From: an uncultured Chloroflexia bacterium
GTDB lineage: Bacteria > Chloroflexota > Anaerolineae > B4-G1 > SLSP01
Assembly: GCA_963751345.1 (NCBI GenBank)
Contig: CAVVUS010000004.1
Coordinates: forward strand, 1 to 52,665
DNA: 52,665 nucleotides
Reading direction: 5' to 3'
The notes beneath the pieces were generated by a model. It was not told the origin of the DNA, made no database searches, and saw only the letters and a program-made list of their open reading frames with translations. The position numbers and the translations under genes are program-made. This document shows, one piece after another, positions 47,566-52,665 of the stretch. The first letter of the stretch is position 1; every line of letters begins with the position of its first letter.

Positions 47566-49289
47566 GTGTCTCCAACCATTGTGATCTGGGGAGCGGGACG
47601 GATCGGCCGTGGTTTCGTGGGAGATCTGTTCGCCGATGCCGGGTACCGCATCGTCTTTGTGGATCAGGCTGAAGCTCTGGTCGCCGATCTCCGCCGGCGA
47701 GGGCAGTACACGGTCGTGCACACAGACGGTCACGAGCGACGAGACCGAACCATCCGGGGGTTCGATACCCTTTCCACCGCGCAGACCTCCGAGGTCGCCG
47801 CTGCCGTCTCAACCGCGGACCTGATGGCCGTGGCCGTATTCCCCAAGGACTTCCCCGCCGTGGCGCAGCAGATGGCGTCCGGCCTGGCGCTCCGGCACGC
47901 GGAACGGCCTGGGGCACCACTGGACATCATTCTCTGCGCTAACCTTGCTCACGCCGGCCCGGCCTTTCGCGAGCCGCTGTTGGCAGCGATGCCGCCGGAC
48001 CTACGCCCGTGGGCAGAGGCATATGTTGGCATCGTCGAGAGCATGGTCATCCGGATGGTGGCCGAGGCTCCGGCGGAGGAACTGGCCCGCGATCCGCTGC
48101 TTGTGTGGACCAATGGCTTTGCCGAGTTTCCGGTTGAACGCGAGGCGTTCAGGGGCGCCCTTCCCCCCATACCCGGCCTGCGTCCGGTAGACAACATGCG
48201 CGCCGAGGAGCTGCGCAAGCTCTACACCTACAACACGTTCCACGCCGCACTGGCTTACTTTGGCGCACTTCATGGGTACGAGACGGTCGTAGATTGTCTA
48301 GCCGATCCCGCCGTCCTTGCCGATGCCAGGGGCGCCCTCGACGAGTCCTGCGAGGCATTGCAGGCAGAATGCGGCTGGCGCGACGACGAGATGTCGCGGT
48401 GGACCGCGGGGGTGATCGCTCAGACCAACAACCCCGCGTTGCGTGATACCGTCGGCCGGTATGGCGCCGACACGCGCCGCAAGCTGAGGCGCAGCGACCG
48501 CATCGTCGGACCCTTGCTCCTGGCACGCAGCCACGGCGTCGCCGCCCCGCATCTAACGCGCGCGATGGCGGCTGCTCTGCTTTATCGGAACCCGGGCGAC
48601 ACAGGGGCAATGGCGGTGCAGGCTCAAGTCAAGGATCTGGGCTTGCTCGGCGCCGTGCAGGTATTGTGTGAACTAGGCGAAGATGAGGCTGACCTCGTCG
48701 GCGCCGTCAAGCAGGCCTACACGCAATTGAAGCGTGAGCACATCTGGGCCGAACGGGTGAAGGAGGCAGCAGCATTAGCCTTCCAATACGAGCAGACCTA
48801 TCACGGATGTGGCCAATGCACGCTGGCCGCGATCCTCGACACATTGGGCGAGTCCAGCACTTGCGCTGCCGATGCTGTCTTCGAAGCTGCGACGGGCTTT
48901 GCGGGCGGGTTGGGCCTAGAGGGCGATGGCCCCTGCGGCGCGCTCGTCGGTGCGGCGCTGGCCTTCGGGACGCTCTACCCGCGGCACCGCCAGGCCTTCG
49001 ACGGCGACCGGGAAAACAAATACCGCACGTATGCGATGGTGCAGCAGTTGCGCGAGCGTACGTGGCCGCCTATGGTGGCATCACATGCCACGACGTTCAT
49101 CGCGCCATCTTCGGCCGCCCCTACGACCTGCGTAATCTTGAAGAACGCGAGGCCTTTGAGGCAGCAGGCGCGCATGACGACAAGTGCACGGGCGTCGTGC
49201 GGCGGACGACGGCGTGGGCTATGGAGATCATCGGGGAGGAGCGGCTCACCGCGGAGGATGGGCCGCAATCAGATCAGATCGCCAGATAG
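47566..49289 (+). CDS. Mannitol-1-phosphate-dehydrogenase-like domain fused to a C-GCAxxG-C-C domain; frameshift near 49060
   Basis: WGAGRIGRGF, RKLYTYNTFH and RRKLRRSDR, then GCGQC, PCGALVG, and in the shifted frame ITCHDV and DKC, ending at TAG49289. Confidence 0.82.
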
Positions 49290-50071
49290 CCGCCGTCGAC
49301 CGGCACCGCTGCGCCGGTCATGAAGGATGCCTCGTCGGAGGCCAGGAAGGCGACCACGTTGGCGACCTCCATGGGATCTGCGGGCCTGCGGATGGGCGCC
49401 TCCAATTGGTAGGTGCGTGCCTGGGTGCTGCTCTGCGATACCCAGGTCGGTTTCTCTTCCTCCATATGCGCCACCATCGGGGTGTCGATCCATCCCGGCA
49501 GCACGCAGTTGGCGCGGATCCCGTAATCCGCGTACTCGGCGGCGATGCACCGCGTCAGCATCAGAATGCCTCCTTTGGAGGCTTTGTAACTCACCGCACC
49601 GGTCCCCGACATCACCAGCGATTGCACCGAACCGATCGTGATGATGCTGCCCCCTCGCCCTGGGTGAGCGTCGCCCTGGGCCAGCATTTGGCCCAACGCC
49701 GCGCGCGCACAGAGGAACGTGCCGGTGAGATTGACGCGTATCACCCGATCCCAGTCTGCCAACGCCAACTCGTGCACGGGCGCGCGGGTGCTGATCCCGG
49801 CGCAGGCGGCGAGCACGTCCACACCGCCATAGGCCTCGACCGCCTTGGCGGTCATCGCGGCTACTTGATTCTCGTCGCCGATATCACAATGGACGGCAAG
49901 TGCCTCGCCACCCTCGGCCCGCACCAACTTGACCGTCTCAGCGGCGCCTTCGTCACGAACGTCCCCGATCACCACATGGGCACCGGCGCGCGCGAGGCGT
50001 ATCGCGCATGCACGACCAATGCCCGACGCACCGCCGGTGACGATTGCTGCACGACCTTCCAAGTTGCCCAT
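49274..50071 (-). CDS. Classical SDR oxidoreductase
   Basis: TGGASGIG, YKASK, PGWIDT, VDGG. The start may be 50089. Confidence 0.92.
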   Translation of the reverse strand: MGNLEGRAAIVTGGASGIGRACAIRLARAGAHVVIGDVRDEGAAETVKLVRAEGGEALAVHCDIGDENQVAAMTAKAVEAYGGVDVLAACAGISTRAPVHELALADWDRVIRVNLTGTFLCARAALGQMLAQGDAHPGRGGSIITIGSVQSLVMSGTGAVSYKASKGGILMLTRCIAAEYADYGIRANCVLPGWIDTPMVAHMEEEKPTWVSQSSTQARTYQLEAPIRRPADPMEVANVVAFLASDEASFMTGAAVPVDGGYLAI

Positions 50072-50266
50072 AGGAGTAACCTCTGTCACACCGAGTTAGG
50101 GAATTGCCGGTTGAAGTGCAACCGGCAGGCATCTTAGCATGTCATCGAAGAACGCACAATCTTCCGACTGCACTGCCCTGACCATGTCCATAGTTGACAC
50201 CTCCCTAGTTCAGGTATGATTGGCGGGAGAGGTTGGCCGGCCCTGGACTCAAGGTTGGAGTATATC

Positions 50267-50737
50267 GTGGGTAAAACTGATACTGAAGACAACCGCGTAG
50301 CCTTCGTGCCACTCACCGTGGAACGCGTGCGTGAGCTCTGGTCGAGGACCTACAACCGCGAGGGGAAGCCGGACTGGTCACATATCCTGCCCTATTATCA
50401 CGAGGATATCGTCTTCCAGGATAGCATCCAACGCATCGAAGGCATCGACGCGTTCACCGCACTGTGTAACCGCCTGACGCGAAGATGCAAACAACTCCAT
50501 ATGGATATCAGATCCATCGTCGCGGCGCCGGACGGGTTCTTCCTGGAATGGACTATGACGATGATGTTCAGGCGATGGCCCAGCTCCCCCATCCACGGAT
50601 CCTCCAAGCTTACACTGGGCGCTGACGGCAGGATCATCCATCAGCGTGACTACTACGACCTCTGGGGAGATATATTCGACGGAATACCCGGATTCCGTCG
50701 CCTCTACCGGCGGTTTATGCGCCGCTACTTCGGATAG
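50267..50737 (+). CDS. SnoaL/NTF2-like protein
   Basis: YYHEDIVFQDSI and GRIIHQRDYYD. GGAG RBS. Confidence 0.85.
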   Translation: MGKTDTEDNRVAFVPLTVERVRELWSRTYNREGKPDWSHILPYYHEDIVFQDSIQRIEGIDAFTALCNRLTRRCKQLHMDIRSIVAAPDGFFLEWTMTMMFRRWPSSPIHGSSKLTLGADGRIIHQRDYYDLWGDIFDGIPGFRRLYRRFMRRYFG

Positions 50738-50750
50738 CGAGTTAGCATCA

Positions 50751-51671
50751 ATGAAACTACCCGATGAATTGATCTTTCTGACAAACGCGCACCTGCCGCA
50801 GAAAACGACAGATGCGCGCATGGATGGGCGCCTCTGTATCATCGCCGGCGCAACTTCAGGCGTGGGCTACCAGGCGGCGAAACGCCTGGCGCAGGGAGGC
50901 GCGACCATCGTCATGGTCTGTCGGAACGCCGAAAAAGCGGCACGGCTAGGGCAAGAGCTGAAGCAGGAGTATGGCGCAAGCACCGATGTGGTGATCGCAG
51001 ACTTCACAAAGCTCACAGAGGTGCGTGAGGCCGCCAAAGCCATCCTGGGCAGATACGAGCGCATCGATGTCCTGATCAACAGCGCAGGAATCCACAGGAC
51101 GCGGCGTACCTTTACCGATAACGGCATCGAGACCGTGTTCTGCGTGAATCATCTGGCATCGTTTCTATTGACTCGATTGCTTCTCGATAGACTCAAGGAG
51201 AGCGCTCCTTCTCGAATAATCCAGGTGAATTCCGAAGGGCATCGCTTTGGTGGCCTCAATGTCAACGATCTGAACTGGAAGCGCAGGCCTTATCACGGAC
51301 TCTGGAGCTATGGCGCATCCAAAGTGGCGCAACTTCTCACGGTCTGGGAGCTGGCGGAGCGGCTGGAGGGGAGTGGCGTCACCATCAACGCGATGCACCC
51401 CGGTGCCGTAAAGACCAATATCGGGATGGACAATGGCCCCCTCTACCGGTGGTACCGGCGCAACGTGGTGAACCGATTCCTCAAGGATCCGCGCATCTCC
51501 GGAGAAGCCATCTACTACCTTGCCGCTGCGCCGGAACTGGCCAACGTAAGCGGCAAGTACTTCAACCTGACGATCGATGAACCGCCCGCCTCCTATGTCA
51601 TGAACCGCAACACTGGGAAGCGGGTATGGCAGATAAGCGAAGCGCTTACGGGTCTTGCCGAACGAGATTGA
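50751..51671 (+). CDS. SDR, retinol-dehydrogenase-like
   Basis: AGATSGVG, LINSAG, VNHLA, YGASK, HPGAVKT. Confidence 0.9.
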   Translation: MKLPDELIFLTNAHLPQKTTDARMDGRLCIIAGATSGVGYQAAKRLAQGGATIVMVCRNAEKAARLGQELKQEYGASTDVVIADFTKLTEVREAAKAILGRYERIDVLINSAGIHRTRRTFTDNGIETVFCVNHLASFLLTRLLLDRLKESAPSRIIQVNSEGHRFGGLNVNDLNWKRRPYHGLWSYGASKVAQLLTVWELAERLEGSGVTINAMHPGAVKTNIGMDNGPLYRWYRRNVVNRFLKDPRISGEAIYYLAAAPELANVSGKYFNLTIDEPPASYVMNRNTGKRVWQISEALTGLAERD

Positions 51672-51695
51672 GCCTCAGCATTGGGGAGGGCACGT

Positions 51696-52665
51696 ATGGA
51701 CTACGATGTGATTGTTGTCGGAGGCGGCCTCGCCGGACTGACGGCGTCAGCCTATCTCGCGAAGGCGGGACACTCGACACTCCTCCTTGAGAAAGAGGCT
51801 GCCTGCGGCGGCCTCGTGCACACATTCGAGCGCGACGGCTTCGTCTTCGATGGCGGCATTCGGGCTATGGAGAATTCAGGCATCTTGTTCCCGATGTTGA
51901 GACACCTTGGCCTGGAGGTCATCTTTCGTAAAGAACCACGTATCCCTCGGCATCGAAGACCGTGTCATACGCGTCGAATCCGTGGACAGCGTCGCAGACT
52001 ATCGGACATTGCTCACAGAGCTGTACCCCGGAGACGCTGACGAAATAGCATCGATCATCGAGCAGATCTACAGGATCATGCATTACATGGACATCCAATA
52101 TGGGATCGACAATCCCCTATTCCTCGATCCGAAGAAGGACCGCCAGTACTTCCTCACGGCGATCCTCCCATGGATGTTCAAGTACGCCCTGACCATCGGC
52201 AAGGTCAACGCTCTCAAAGAGCCGGTCGTCGACTACCTGCGACACTTCACGCAGAACCAGAGCATGCTCGACATCATCACGCAACACTTCTTCCGGGACA
52301 CACCCGCGTTTTTCGCGCTCAGCTACTTCAGCCTGTACCTTGACTACTATTATCCGCAAGGGGGAACCGGCACATTGCCAAAGACTCTCGCCGAGTTCTT
52401 CCAGGTACACCAAGGCACGATCAAGACTGATACGGAGATTGTGTCGATTGATCCGGGGCACAGACGCGTTGCGGACAGAGAAGGCACCGCCTACACCTAC
52501 GATACTCTGATCTGGGCGGCGGATCTGAAGTCACTCTATTCAATGGTGAATCCCGACGCCTTCGACGACGATCAAATCAGACATGCCGTGCACGAACGCC
52601 GGTCCGAAGTGCTCGACAAAAAGGGGGGAGACTCCGTCTTCACGGTCTACCTGGCCCTGAACCTC
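51696..52665 (+). CDS. FAD-dependent oxidoreductase, phytoene-desaturase family (partial; frameshift near 51930)
   Basis: VVGGGLAG, EKEAACGG, GFVFDGG, then YYYPQGG in a frame open to the window end. Confidence 0.85.

Noticed and set aside
50104-50126. Hairpin TGCCGGTTG-AAGTG-CAACCGGCA as a terminator or riboswitch
   Set aside because: It lies in a divergent intergenic region with no U-tract. A single stem is not enough to call a feature.

Overview
GC-rich bacterial chromosomal window, most likely Chloroflexota (Anaerolineae-like). That assignment is inferred from C-terminal 'YLP[IL]V' motifs, the TPR-like repeats and the kinase signature. It shows no rRNA, tRNA, CRISPR array, integrase or transposase. 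At least ten genes carry single-base frameshifts that look like long-read consensus errors. Contents in order: a secreted fibre-like protein plus a small partner; a flavodoxin-ferredoxin; a Yip1/ABC/Ig-like/MacB operon; a PatB-type lyase; an orphan GAF kinase and a TPR membrane protein; a K+-independent membrane pyrophosphatase (hppA) with a structured leader; two EamA transporters; a complete oleABCD olefin/beta-lactone cluster; a roughly 13 kb accessory stretch (24.2-37.0 kb) of small genes and gene relics with a duplicated 94-bp promoter/leader; an ECF transporter with a MASE1-like S component; an acyltransferase pair; a beta-helix surface protein; a polyol-type oxidoreductase operon ending in an MtlD/C-GCAxxG-C-C fusion; and an NTF2-SDR-FAD oxidoreductase operon cut by the window end. 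The best leads are the hppA leader RNA, the duplicated covarying 94-bp element, the MtlD fusion, the ole cluster with a membrane-tailed OleC, the ECF module, and the fibre/partner pair.
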